A stretch of 17,515 nt of DNA, taken from NCBI GenBank assembly GCA_039683575.1, contig JBDKRC010000352.1, positions 1 to 17,515 on the forward strand. Direction: 5' to 3'. The DNA comes from Armatimonadia bacterium. Its GTDB lineage: Bacteria; Armatimonadota; Zipacnadia; Zipacnadales; UBA11051. Below are positions 1 to 7,366 of the stretch, piece after piece. The position numbers were made by a program, and so were the translations under genes. Under the pieces are notes generated by a model. That model saw only the letters and a program-made list of their open reading frames with translations, was not told where the DNA came from and did no database searches. The stretch's first letter is position 1; every line of letters begins with the position of its first letter.

Positions 1-590
1 AGGTCCGTGCGACCCTCGATGGAGATCTCGTTGTCATCGTAGAGATAGATGAGCTTGCCGAGCTTGAGGGTACCGGCCAGTGACGCGGCCTCGGAGGCGA
101 TACCTTCCATCAGGTCGCCGTCGGAGACGATCGCATAGGTGAAGTGGTCCACGAGCGAGGCGTCAAACACCGGGTTGAAGTCGCCGGCGAGATAGCGCTC
201 GGCCATCGCCATGCCCACTCCCATGGCGAAGCCCTGACCGAGAGGACCGGTGGTGGCTTCGACGCCGGGGGTGTGGCCGTACTCGGGATGGCCCGGAGTT
301 TTGCTGCCCCACTGGCGGAAATTCCGAACCTCATCGAGCGGCAAAGCGTAACCATACATATGCAGTAGTGCATAGAGCAGGGCGCTGCCGTGGCCGGGCG
401 AGAGGATGAAGCGGTCACGGTTGAACCAGTTCGGGTCCTCCGGGTTGAAGCGCAGGTGGCGGTCGAAGATCGCATAGGCCATCGGGGCGACGCCCAGGGG
501 CAGGCCGGGGTGGCCGGATTTTGCCTGCTCGACGGCATCAACCGCCAGGAAGCGCAGGGTGTTGATGCAAAGCTGGTCGAGGTTGTTCAT
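1..590 (-). CDS. tkt: Transketolase, N-terminal part (runs off the left edge of the window)
   Basis: Not in the ORF track because it has no stop in the window. Translated by hand from ATG at 590: [33 protein letters not shown]...[17 protein letters not shown]...[25 protein letters not shown]...SDGDLMEG...[10 protein letters not shown]. These are the canonical transketolase motifs, including the GDG-type ThDP motif. GGAGA RBS at 600-596. Confidence 0.97.
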   Translation of the reverse strand, partial: MNNLDQLCINTLRFLAVDAVEQAKSGHPGLPLGVAPMAYAIFDRHLRFNPEDPNWFNRDRFILSPGHGSALLYALLHMYGYALPLDEVRNFRQWGSKTPGHPEYGHTPGVEATTGPLGQGFAMGVGMAMAERYLAGDFNPVFDASLVDHFTYAIVSDGDLMEGIASEAASLAGTLKLGKLIYLYDDNEISIEGRTD

Positions 591-617
591 TCAAGTCTCC
601 AGTTACCAATATCCGGA

Positions 618-646
618 TTGTCAGTCGCCGCATTGTAGCATATCAT
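618..646 (+). promoter_or_regulatory. Sigma70-type promoter for pgl (TTGTCA-N17-TATCAT)
   Basis: -35 TTGTCA at 618-623, 17-nt spacer, -10 TATCAT at 641-646. Each box matches consensus at 5/6 positions. Lies 52 nt upstream of the pgl start. Confidence 0.65.
632..640 (-). promoter_or_regulatory. Extended -10 promoter candidate for tkt (TGcTACAAT)
   Basis: Minus strand reads TGCTACAAT (TGn plus a 5/6 -10 box) about 40 nt upstream of the tkt ATG. No clear -35. Confidence 0.5.
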
Positions 647-698
647 CCCCGGTAAGTGGAGAGCATGTGGCAAAGATATGGTCGGTAAGGAGTGGCTG

Positions 699-1442
699 AT
701 GTCACAGACAGGGGTACAGGCGGAGGTACGGATATGCACCGATGCCGAGGATATGGCGGCCAAGGTAGCAGAGGTGATTGTGCGGCAGGCGACATGCTGC
801 GCGGGGCAGATGGGCCGGTTCACACTAGCATTGTCCGGCGGGCGCACCCCGGAGACGTTGTTTGAGGTGCTGGCCCGGGACTTTGCGATGAAGCTGCCCT
901 GGCAAAAGACGCACTTCTTCTGGGGCGATGACCGCTTCGTGCCGCATGAGGACCCGCGCAGCAACTACCGGCTGGCGAAGCAGGTTCTGTTCGACCATGT
1001 GCCATGCCCGGCGGGGAACGTGCACCCGATGCCGATCTTCTTCAAGGACCCGGAGGACGCCGCGGCGGACTATGAGGCGACGCTCAAGGGCTATTTCCCG
1101 GGCCCGTGGCCGCGCTTTGACATCGCGCTGCTGGGAATGGGAGATAACGGGCACGTGGCCTCGCTCTTTCCCCATAGCCCGGCACTGCGGGAGCATTCGC
1201 GCTGGGTAGTGGCGGTGCGGGAGGAGGAGGCGGAGCCGCCGCTGCGGCTGACGCTAACCCTGCCGGCGCTGAACCAGGCAGCGCAGGTGCATTTCCTGGT
1301 CACCGGGGAGGAGAAGGCTGAGAAGGTGGCCGAGGCGCTGTCGCCGCAGGCGGACGTACAGGAGTGTCCGGCTGCAGGGGTTCGGCCGGAGCGGGGTGAA
1401 CTGGTTTGGTGGCTTGATGAGGCGGCGGCCGCGAAGCTGTAG
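699..1442 (+). CDS. pgl: 6-phosphogluconolactonase
   Basis: Motifs LALSGGRTP, FFWGDDRFVPHEDPRSNYRLA, LLGMGDNGHVASLFP and RLTLTLPALN (DevB/Pgl type). Start moved from 678 to ATG 699, which follows a TAAGGAG RBS (247 aa). Confidence 0.95.
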   Translation: MSQTGVQAEVRICTDAEDMAAKVAEVIVRQATCCAGQMGRFTLALSGGRTPETLFEVLARDFAMKLPWQKTHFFWGDDRFVPHEDPRSNYRLAKQVLFDHVPCPAGNVHPMPIFFKDPEDAAADYEATLKGYFPGPWPRFDIALLGMGDNGHVASLFPHSPALREHSRWVVAVREEEAEPPLRLTLTLPALNQAAQVHFLVTGEEKAEKVAEALSPQADVQECPAAGVRPERGELVWWLDEAAAAKL

Positions 1443-1470
1443 CCGTTCCTGACGATATTGCTGAGATACG

Positions 1471-1500
1471 AAAAGAGCCCGACTGAGGTCGGGCTCTTTT
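1471..1500. terminator. Bidirectional intrinsic terminator
   Basis: Perfect inverted repeat AAAAGAGCCCGAC-TGAG-GTCGGGCTCTTTT between the convergent pgl and prepilin genes, with a T-run on each strand. Confidence 0.9.
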
Positions 1501-1523
1501 GGCTTTCGGGGCAGCGATGCTAC

Positions 1524-2171
1524 CTAGGACTTGTCGTGGCAGACCAGCCGGGCGGCACTGGGGCCGGAGATCACGTTCTGCTTGGACAGCCACTTGGCAT
1601 GCCCGTCGTAGAAGGCGATGTTCATGCCGCCATTGTGGCGGTCGGCGAACTGGGTGATGTTGGCGGGAGAACAGATCGGGCAGTAGACGTACGGCATGGT
1701 CGTGACGGCGTTGGTTTTCTCGAAGAAGACGCCGGTCTCAGCCGGCTGCTTGATATCGCCGACGCTGTTGATCCAGGCGGCGTACTTGGTGCGGTACGGG
1801 TAATGGCTCTGAACGACACCATAGCCATGGGCGATAGTGCGAGCAGGCAGGCCATCGGAGGCGTAGTAGCCCGACACAACATCGGCGGCCGACGGACAGG
1901 CCCAGATCTGCTCGTTCTTGATGTACGGGTTGAGCTTCTGCATGCCGTACTTGTTGTCAGAGCCCTCGAAGAGAGCGTAGGGAAGCTGCTCATCGTAGTC
2001 CTGGACGTACTGCATCAGGGCGGTGCCAAGCTGCCTGGCGTTGCTCAGGCAGGCTGTCTGGCGGGCTTTCTCTCGGGCTTTGGCGAAGACGGGGAACAGG
2101 ATCGCAGCGAGGATCGCAATGATTGCGATCACGACCAGCAATTCGATCAGCGTGAAACCGCGGCGAGACAT
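1524..2171 (-). CDS. Prepilin-type N-terminal cleavage/methylation protein, DUF1559-like, with C-terminal H-X9-DG motif
   Basis: Class III signal [29 protein letters not shown], then [27 protein letters not shown], and C-terminal [26 protein letters not shown] upstream. Confidence 0.93.
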   Translation of the reverse strand: MSRRGFTLIELLVVIAIIAILAAILFPVFAKAREKARQTACLSNARQLGTALMQYVQDYDEQLPYALFEGSDNKYGMQKLNPYIKNEQIWACPSAADVVSGYYASDGLPARTIAHGYGVVQSHYPYRTKYAAWINSVGDIKQPAETGVFFEKTNAVTTMPYVYCPICSPANITQFADRHNGGMNIAFYDGHAKWLSKQNVISGPSAARLVCHDKS

Positions 2172-2204
2172 GATCAGGGGGCCTCCTGGGGGTTTGATGG
2201 CGAA

Positions 2205-2234
2205 AGTATACCCCTACGCTCTGCCGCTAGTCAA
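2205..2234 (-). promoter_or_regulatory. Sigma70-type promoter for the prepilin gene (TTGACT-N18-TATACT)
   Basis: Minus strand has TTGACT at 2234-2229, an 18-nt spacer and TATACT at 2210-2205, inside the 95-nt gap between the ATPase and prepilin genes. Confidence 0.65.
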
Positions 2235-2266
2235 ACTGTTCTGAGATTTGCCGCGAACGACACACT

Positions 2267-4003
2267 TTAGCCACGCCTGAGTAACGCGGTTACCTGATCG
2301 CCATAGTCTGTCATGCGGTCGGCGTAGATGCCAAGCAGGCTCTCGATGCTGGTAATGCCCTCCTTGAGCTTGCGGAGGGCGTCCTGCTCCATGGGCTGCA
2401 TGCCCTCGTGTATGGCCACCTCCCTGGCTTCCTGCTCGCTGGTGCCGCTTAGCACCATTTCGCGCAGGCGCGGGGTCATGCGCACCATCTCAAAGATCCC
2501 GACGCGGCCCTTGAAGCCGGTGTTGGCGCACTCTTCGCAGCCATTGCCGCGGTATAGCTGCTCGATGCCGTGCTTCTGGAATAGCTCCGAGAGGAAGGGG
2601 ACGTCGGCGACGGCCTCCTGCGCGGAGTAGGCCACTTTGCACTTCTCGCAGACGCGGCGGGAGAGGCGCTGGGCGATAACGCCACGCAGCGCCGAGGCGA
2701 CGAGGTAGGCCTCGATCTTCATCTCCTGGCAGCGGACGAGAGCGGAGGGTGCGTCATTGGCGTGCATGGTACCGAGGACGAGGTGGCCGGTGAGGGCGGC
2801 GCGGAAGGCCATGTCGGCGGTCTCAGTGTCGCGGATCTCCCCCACGAGGATGACGTCGGGGTCCTGGCGCAGGATGGAGCGAAGGTGCTCGGCAAAGGTG
2901 AGGCCGATGTCGGGACGGACGTAGGACTGGTTGATGCCGCCCAGTTGGTATTCGACGGGGTCTTCGACTGATTCGATGTTGACGCCGCCGCTGCGGAGGC
3001 GGTGGAGGGCGGAGTAGAGGGTGGTGGTCTTGCCCGAGCCGGTGGCGCCGACCACCAGTACCATGCCGCGGGAGACGTGGAGCATCGCATCCATGGCTTT
3101 GCCGATGTAGGCGGGGAAGCCAAGCTGGTCCATGCCCACGATGACCCGGGACTTGTCGAGGACACGCATCACGATCTTCTCGCCGAAGATGGTGGGACGC
3201 GAGGAGACGCGGACGTCCACGCGCTTGCTTTGGACGGTGGTGGTGAAGCGGCCGTCCTGGGGCAGGCGGGAGTCGGCGATGTCCATGTCGGCCATGATTT
3301 TGAGGCGGGAGGTGAGCGCGGACTTTACGGTCTCGGGCGGGGACATGACCTTGTGGAGAACTCCGTCAATACGGTACCGTACGAGGAGTCCCTGGCGCTG
3401 GGGCTCGATGTGGATATCGGAGGCCCGCTGCTCGACGGCCTGGGAGATAAGGGCGGCGGCCAGTTTCACAATGGCGGGGGCGTCCATCAACCGGGCGATG
3501 GCGTCCACACCGTCAACCAGGCCGTCGGCGCCCTCACCGTACTTGGCTTCGAGATCCTTGGTTTCTTCTTCGGAGAAGTGGGTCTCGATGGCCCAGGAGA
3601 TGTCGGCGTCGGCGACGCGGACTGGTTTGACGCGCAGGCGGGTGGCGCGGGCGACCTCGTCCTGGGCGTGGATGTCCTCGGGGTCGGACATGGCGACTTC
3701 GACGATGTCGCCTCGGCGCTTGAAGGGGATGGCGCGGATGCGGTCGGCGACTTCTCGCGTCAGGCAGTGCACGAGGGCGGGATCGATCTCGGTCTGCTGC
3801 AGGGACAGCATGGTTTCGGGCAGTTGCTTGCTGGCCTCGTCCACCTCTTCGCGGGCCACAAAGCCGAGGGTGACGACGGTCTCAAGAATCGAGGTGCCGC
3901 CCTGCTTCGCGGCCTGGTAGGCCGTCTGCGCCTGTTGTTTGGTTAGTGAGCCCTGGCGCACCAGGGCGATGATGATCTCACGTTCGCGCTCAAAATCGGC
4001 CAT
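2267..4003 (-). CDS. GspE/PulE/PilB-family type II secretion / type IV pilus assembly ATPase
   Basis: ASDIHIEP, RYRIDGVL, LPQDGRF, Walker A GATGSGKTTT, VEDPVEY, Walker B LRQDPDVILVGEIRD, His box TGHLVLGTMHAND, and tetracysteine CEKC...CEEC followed by GFKGRVGIFE. Start moved from 4147 to ATG 4003 (GGGAGAG RBS; 578 aa). Confidence 0.95.
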   Translation of the reverse strand: MADFEREREIIIALVRQGSLTKQQAQTAYQAAKQGGTSILETVVTLGFVAREEVDEASKQLPETMLSLQQTEIDPALVHCLTREVADRIRAIPFKRRGDIVEVAMSDPEDIHAQDEVARATRLRVKPVRVADADISWAIETHFSEEETKDLEAKYGEGADGLVDGVDAIARLMDAPAIVKLAAALISQAVEQRASDIHIEPQRQGLLVRYRIDGVLHKVMSPPETVKSALTSRLKIMADMDIADSRLPQDGRFTTTVQSKRVDVRVSSRPTIFGEKIVMRVLDKSRVIVGMDQLGFPAYIGKAMDAMLHVSRGMVLVVGATGSGKTTTLYSALHRLRSGGVNIESVEDPVEYQLGGINQSYVRPDIGLTFAEHLRSILRQDPDVILVGEIRDTETADMAFRAALTGHLVLGTMHANDAPSALVRCQEMKIEAYLVASALRGVIAQRLSRRVCEKCKVAYSAQEAVADVPFLSELFQKHGIEQLYRGNGCEECANTGFKGRVGIFEMVRMTPRLREMVLSGTSEQEAREVAIHEGMQPMEQDALRKLKEGITSIESLLGIYADRMTDYGDQVTALLRRG

Positions 4004-4068
4004 ATGGCTCTCCCGCGGAGTGGCAGTTCGGAAAGGGACGACTACGGATGGTCCGAAGCAGAAGATAT

Positions 4069-4097
4069 CTTCGCCATGGGGTATGGTACTTTCCTGC
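4069..4097 (-). promoter_or_regulatory. SigH-like promoter motif GCAGGA-N19-GAAG upstream of the ATPase
   Basis: One copy of the recurrent motif (see findings). Spacer is 1 nt longer than in most copies. Confidence 0.4.
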
Positions 4098-4197
4098 CAG
4101 GGGCCCGGCTCAAAGGGGTCGAGTTGCCCTGCCGCGGCAGTGAACATTGGGCGGGCGCGGGGGGGTCAATCCTACCGATGAGGACAGGTGAACGTTC

Positions 4198-4830
4198 ATG
4201 ATGAAGGCATACTGGCGGCTGCTATCTGGCCTGACGGTACTGGGGATGCTGGCCGGGACCATGGTGCTGGGCGGCTGCCGCGGGGGCGCGCCACCTGCCT
4301 CGTCCACGCTGCCGCAGACAACGGTGCCAAAGGAGACAAAGCCCGTGGAGACCATGACTTCAACAACCCTCAAACTCACGAGCACTTCGCTTCAGGATGG
4401 AATGCCGATTCCGGTGCGGTACACGGCCGATGGCAAGAACCTGTCGCCACAACTGGCCTGGCAGGATGTGCCGGAGGGGGTGGCCGAGCTGGCGCTTATC
4501 GTGGAGGACCCGGACGCGCCAAGCGGGGATTTCGTGCACTGGGTGGTCTACAGTATCCCCTCAAGCATGAACGGGCTTGCCGAGGGCCTGCCGACCGGGC
4601 ATCACCCTGACGCGCAGGTGCCTTTCGTGCAGGGGCGCAACGACTTTGGCAAGGTTGGGTACAATGGCCCGGCGCCGCCGCCGGGGAAGGTACACCACTA
4701 TCACTTCCGGCTGGTGGCTCTGGACCAGAAGCTGAACCTGCCTGCAAATGCCGACAAGAAGGACCTGCGGCAAGCGGTGCGCGGGCATATCATCGCCGAG
4801 GCGGAGCTGGTGGGAACGTATCAGCGGTAG
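4198..4830 (+). CDS. YbhB/YbcL family (PEBP / Raf kinase inhibitor-like) protein, probable lipoprotein
   Basis: YTADGKNLSPQLAW, ALIVEDPDAP, FVHWVVY, QGRNDFGKVGYNGPAPPPG.VHHYHFRLVALD. N-terminal hydrophobic stretch ends in a VLGGC lipobox, followed by a Pro/Thr-rich linker. Start could be 4198 or 4201. Confidence 0.93.
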   Translation: MMKAYWRLLSGLTVLGMLAGTMVLGGCRGGAPPASSTLPQTTVPKETKPVETMTSTTLKLTSTSLQDGMPIPVRYTADGKNLSPQLAWQDVPEGVAELALIVEDPDAPSGDFVHWVVYSIPSSMNGLAEGLPTGHHPDAQVPFVQGRNDFGKVGYNGPAPPPGKVHHYHFRLVALDQKLNLPANADKKDLRQAVRGHIIAEAELVGTYQR

Positions 4831-4908
4831 TGGTTGTCAATCATAGTAGGTATCCGCAGCAGACTGCAGAGGGGCTGAGAAAACCGGGGCATTTCTGTCG
4901 TGCGGCAC

Positions 4909-4935
4909 TTGACCGTGGCCCGGTTTTGGTATATT
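4909..4935 (+). promoter_or_regulatory. Sigma70-type promoter candidate (TTGACC ... extended -10 TGgTATATT)
   Basis: TTGACC at 4909-4914, TG at 4927-4928, TATATT at 4930-4935. The spacer is only 15 nt, so the call rests on the extended -10. Confidence 0.45.
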
Positions 4936-5103
4936 GATATGCTCTGCGGTTGCCATCGGCCGCACTATTATTGACCCCGCGGACATCCCAAACCTCATCT
5001 TGAGCCACGGGAGACGGGACAGGTACAAAGGGGCGCAGCCTCCTGGCTGGGGCCTTTGTACTGCGTTTCGGGCGGGATCCTCAACTCGACAGGAGCACCA
5101 GCA

Positions 5104-6069
5104 ATGTCTTCCATGAATGTCTATTTCAGCGATTACACCATCGCCGAGGAACTCGATATCGAGGAGAAGATCCTCAGCGAGGCCGGGTTTACGATTGTTC
5201 GCGCGCAGTGCAGCACAGAGCAGGAAGTCCTGGATACCATCGAGGGTGTTGACCCCGTGGCAATCGTTACGCAGTGGGCGCCGATTACTCCGGCGGTCAT
5301 GGACAAGTGCCCGAACCTCAAGGTAGTGTCGCGCAATGGCATCGGCGTGGACAACATCGACCTGGCCTACTGCAAAGAGCACGGGATCGCCGTCACGAAC
5401 TCGCCGAAATACTGTACACCTGAGGTTGCGGACCATGCCATGTCGCTGATCCTGGCGCTGGGCCGCAAGCTCGTCTTCACGACTGACAAGGTTCGCGCGG
5501 GCGAATGGGGCACGGATTACCTGATCCCGATCCGCCGGCTGAAGGAATGCACCATGGGCGTTGTGGGCATGGGCGGCATCGGCCGGGCAGTGGTGGAGCG
5601 CGCGCGGCCGTTCTTCAAGGAAGTCATCGGTTTCGATGCGTACGCCAAGGACGTCGTAGTGGACGGCAAGCCGGTTGAGATGGTCTCCCTGGATGAGCTT
5701 CTGAGCCGCTCCGACTTTGTTGACCTGCACGTCCCCGGCACCGCCGAGACCAAGCATCTGATGAACGCCGAGGCCTTCGCGAAGATGAAGCCGAGCGCGT
5801 ACATCGTCAATACCTGCCGCGGTATCGTGGTTGACACCGACGCCATCGTCGAGGCGCTGCGGACCGGTCAGATCGCCGGCGCAGGCCTGGACGTGCACGA
5901 GCAGGAGCCACTGCCGATGGATCACCCGCTGCGCAGCTTCCCGCAGGTCATCATCACCCCGCATGCGGCGTTCTACTCCGAGGAAGCCGTTGATCAGGTC
6001 CGCGCGGATACGGTGATCAACGTTGTGAACATACTGCAGGGCACGGCGCCGATCAACCGGGTCGTCTAG
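5104..6069 (+). CDS. D-isomer-specific 2-hydroxyacid dehydrogenase (SerA/CtBP-like, no ACT domain)
   Basis: RNGIGVDNID, EVADHA, Rossmann GMGGIG, and catalytic Arg/Glu/His in NTCRG, DVHEQEP, TPHAAFYS. Start moved from 5056 to ATG 5104 after AGGAG at 5091-5095 (321 aa). Substrate cannot be assigned. Confidence 0.93.
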   Translation: MSSMNVYFSDYTIAEELDIEEKILSEAGFTIVRAQCSTEQEVLDTIEGVDPVAIVTQWAPITPAVMDKCPNLKVVSRNGIGVDNIDLAYCKEHGIAVTNSPKYCTPEVADHAMSLILALGRKLVFTTDKVRAGEWGTDYLIPIRRLKECTMGVVGMGGIGRAVVERARPFFKEVIGFDAYAKDVVVDGKPVEMVSLDELLSRSDFVDLHVPGTAETKHLMNAEAFAKMKPSAYIVNTCRGIVVDTDAIVEALRTGQIAGAGLDVHEQEPLPMDHPLRSFPQVIITPHAAFYSEEAVDQVRADTVINVVNILQGTAPINRVV

Positions 6070-6092
6070 GCCTGCGGAATACTCGAATACGG

Positions 6093-6128
6093 AAAAGGGA
6101 CGGAGCATAATGCTCCGTCCCTTTTTTT
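6093..6128. terminator. Intrinsic terminator, strongest on + and probably bidirectional
   Basis: AAAAGGGACGGAGCA-TAA-TGCTCCGTCCCTTTTTTT, 23 nt after the dehydrogenase stop. Confidence 0.9.
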
Positions 6129-6209
6129 GTGTTCGCTTGTTCCGGCATGCAGAGCATGCCTGTGTTTGGTGTTCACCTGTTCCGGCATGCGGAGCATGCC
6201 TACCACGCG
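6129..6209. repeat. Tandem pair of palindromic REP-like repeats (family A), 40-bp period
   Basis: GTGTTCgctTGTTCCGGCATGCaGAGCATGCCT at 6129-6161 and GTGTTCaccTGTTCCGGCATGCgGAGCATGCCT at 6169-6201. Core palindrome is GGCATGC-NGA-GCATGCC. 6181-6209 matches the reverse complement of 14750-14778 at 28/29 nt. Confidence 0.85.
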
Positions 6210-6217
6210 GAGAGGGG

Positions 6218-7114
6218 TTAGGGATTGGGCGTCAGGGCGAAGCCGCCTGCTGCGGTGTCGGCGTCTACTGCCACGATGAAGACCTGCGGGGGCTCACTGG
6301 TGGCGGTGTCGAGGGACTGGTAGCCGTTCGCGGAGAGACGGAGGGTGTAGTTGCCGGGCGCGAGGGGCAGGCGGAAGGTGCCGTCTTCCAGATTGACGCC
6401 GCTGGTGGCGGCGGGCTCGGTCTGGCCCTCGGGGTAGGCTTCAACAACTGTGGTGGCCCAGGCTTCCTGCGGCAGGACGCTGCCGGCGAGCGCTCCGTAG
6501 CTGGGTTCGACGCTCTCCACCTGCGTGAGGCGGATGCCAGTGGGCTTGAGCATATAGCGGCCGTTGCCGGTGACGTTGATGGCGCGGGCGGGGTCGAAGT
6601 CCAGGACGATGGTGCTGGTGGTTCCGGCTTCGACGGTGAAGTCACCGACGATCTTCAGGCCGCTCTGCTGCCCGCTGGGCGTCACCAGCGGGAGGCGGAC
6701 CTCGGGAGCATCCGCGAGGGTGGCGTAGTTGACCGGCAGCTCGCCATTGACGTTGGGGGCGAGCACGAGGCGGAGTTGCGAATAGGTGCCAGCCGGGACC
6801 GGAGCCTGGCCCAGGAGCAACTGCTCGTAGTCAAGCTGCATGATGTCCACGACGCGGGCGGGGTTGAACGTGGCCACTACAGGCAGACCGGCGCCGGTCT
6901 CAGTGCCTTCGTCGCCCTCGGGAACGACACGGATTTCACTGATCGCCACCACAACGCTGTTGTAGCCGGACTGGTCGGTGATTGCCACCTTCAGAACGCC
7001 GGTGGTGCCGGTGCGCCCATCGCTATCACTCCCTCCGCCACCCCCGCAGCCCATGATCAGCAATACAGCGGTGCCCAGGCAGACCAGGGCCAGGATCCAG
7101 GATGTTCGTGACAT
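6218..7114 (-). CDS. DUF4382-domain lipoprotein with a C-terminal carboxypeptidase-regulatory-like (prealbumin-fold) domain
   Basis: Lipobox LIMGC plus Gly linker. DUF4382 pattern: LKVAITD, VPAGTYSQLRLVL, TPSGQQSGLKI, IVLDFD, GRYMLKP. C-terminal GALAGSV...DGTFRLPLAPGNYTLRLSANGY. Start moved from 7162 to ATG 7114 after GGAGG (298 aa). Confidence 0.85.
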   Translation of the reverse strand: MSRTSWILALVCLGTAVLLIMGCGGGGGSDSDGRTGTTGVLKVAITDQSGYNSVVVAISEIRVVPEGDEGTETGAGLPVVATFNPARVVDIMQLDYEQLLLGQAPVPAGTYSQLRLVLAPNVNGELPVNYATLADAPEVRLPLVTPSGQQSGLKIVGDFTVEAGTTSTIVLDFDPARAINVTGNGRYMLKPTGIRLTQVESVEPSYGALAGSVLPQEAWATTVVEAYPEGQTEPAATSGVNLEDGTFRLPLAPGNYTLRLSANGYQSLDTATSEPPQVFIVAVDADTAAGGFALTPNP

Positions 7115-7230
7115 AGTGTGTAATCCTCCAGCAGTTTCAGACGCGGGCGCGTTTGAGCGCAATGCGGCTAGCTCTGGGAGGAGTGTTCCCCGCGTGGTTC
7201 AAGGCATTGTCTGGGATGCCGCAAGACTGT

Positions 7231-7257
7231 GCAGGAGGGGGCCGGAGCGTGTTGAAG
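7231..7257 (+). promoter_or_regulatory. SigH-like promoter motif GCAGGA-N17-GAAG upstream of the macroglobulin gene
   Basis: GCAGGA at 7231-7236 and GAAG at 7254-7257. Copy of the recurrent motif. Confidence 0.5.
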
Positions 7258-7366
7258 GTTAGGTCAGTGGGAATAAAGAGGTCACGTGACGTCTCAAAGG
7301 TTCAGACGAGACCGAGAGCAATTGTTGACCACGCCGCTGACGGCGTAGTCGCAGGAGGCAGGAGCC

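Noticed and set aside
110-541. 143-aa minus-strand ORF in the track
   Set aside because: Wrong frame. The real gene here is transketolase starting at 590 in another minus frame.
1458-3946. Plus-strand ORFs 1458..2270, 3002..3946 and 3132..3920
   Set aside because: Antisense to the prepilin and ATPase genes. No RBS or recognisable motifs, and the first runs through a terminator.
4021-4070. GGAAAGGGACG near the ATPase as a c-di-GMP-I riboswitch
   Set aside because: It is on the wrong strand for the ATPase, and the GCAAA and tetraloop-receptor elements are not present.
5009-5032. GGGAGA...CAGGUACAAAGG resembles glycine riboswitch fragments
   Set aside because: The conserved CCGAAG and CUCUCAGG core is missing. 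Kept only as an unassigned structured leader.
6129-6209. 33-nt palindromic direct repeats as a mini-CRISPR array
   Set aside because: Only two units separated by 7 nt, far too short for a spacer. A dispersed third copy at 14750 fits REP elements better.
4837-7111. Long ORFs 4837..6108 (-) and 6110..7111 (+)
   Set aside because: Antisense shadows of the dehydrogenase and DUF4382 genes that start within the terminator hairpin.
7183-7194. GTGTTCCCCGCG matches the first 12 nt of type I-E CRISPR repeats
   Set aside because: Single copy, the second half of the repeat palindrome (GCGGGGAT...) is absent, and there are no spacers or cas genes.
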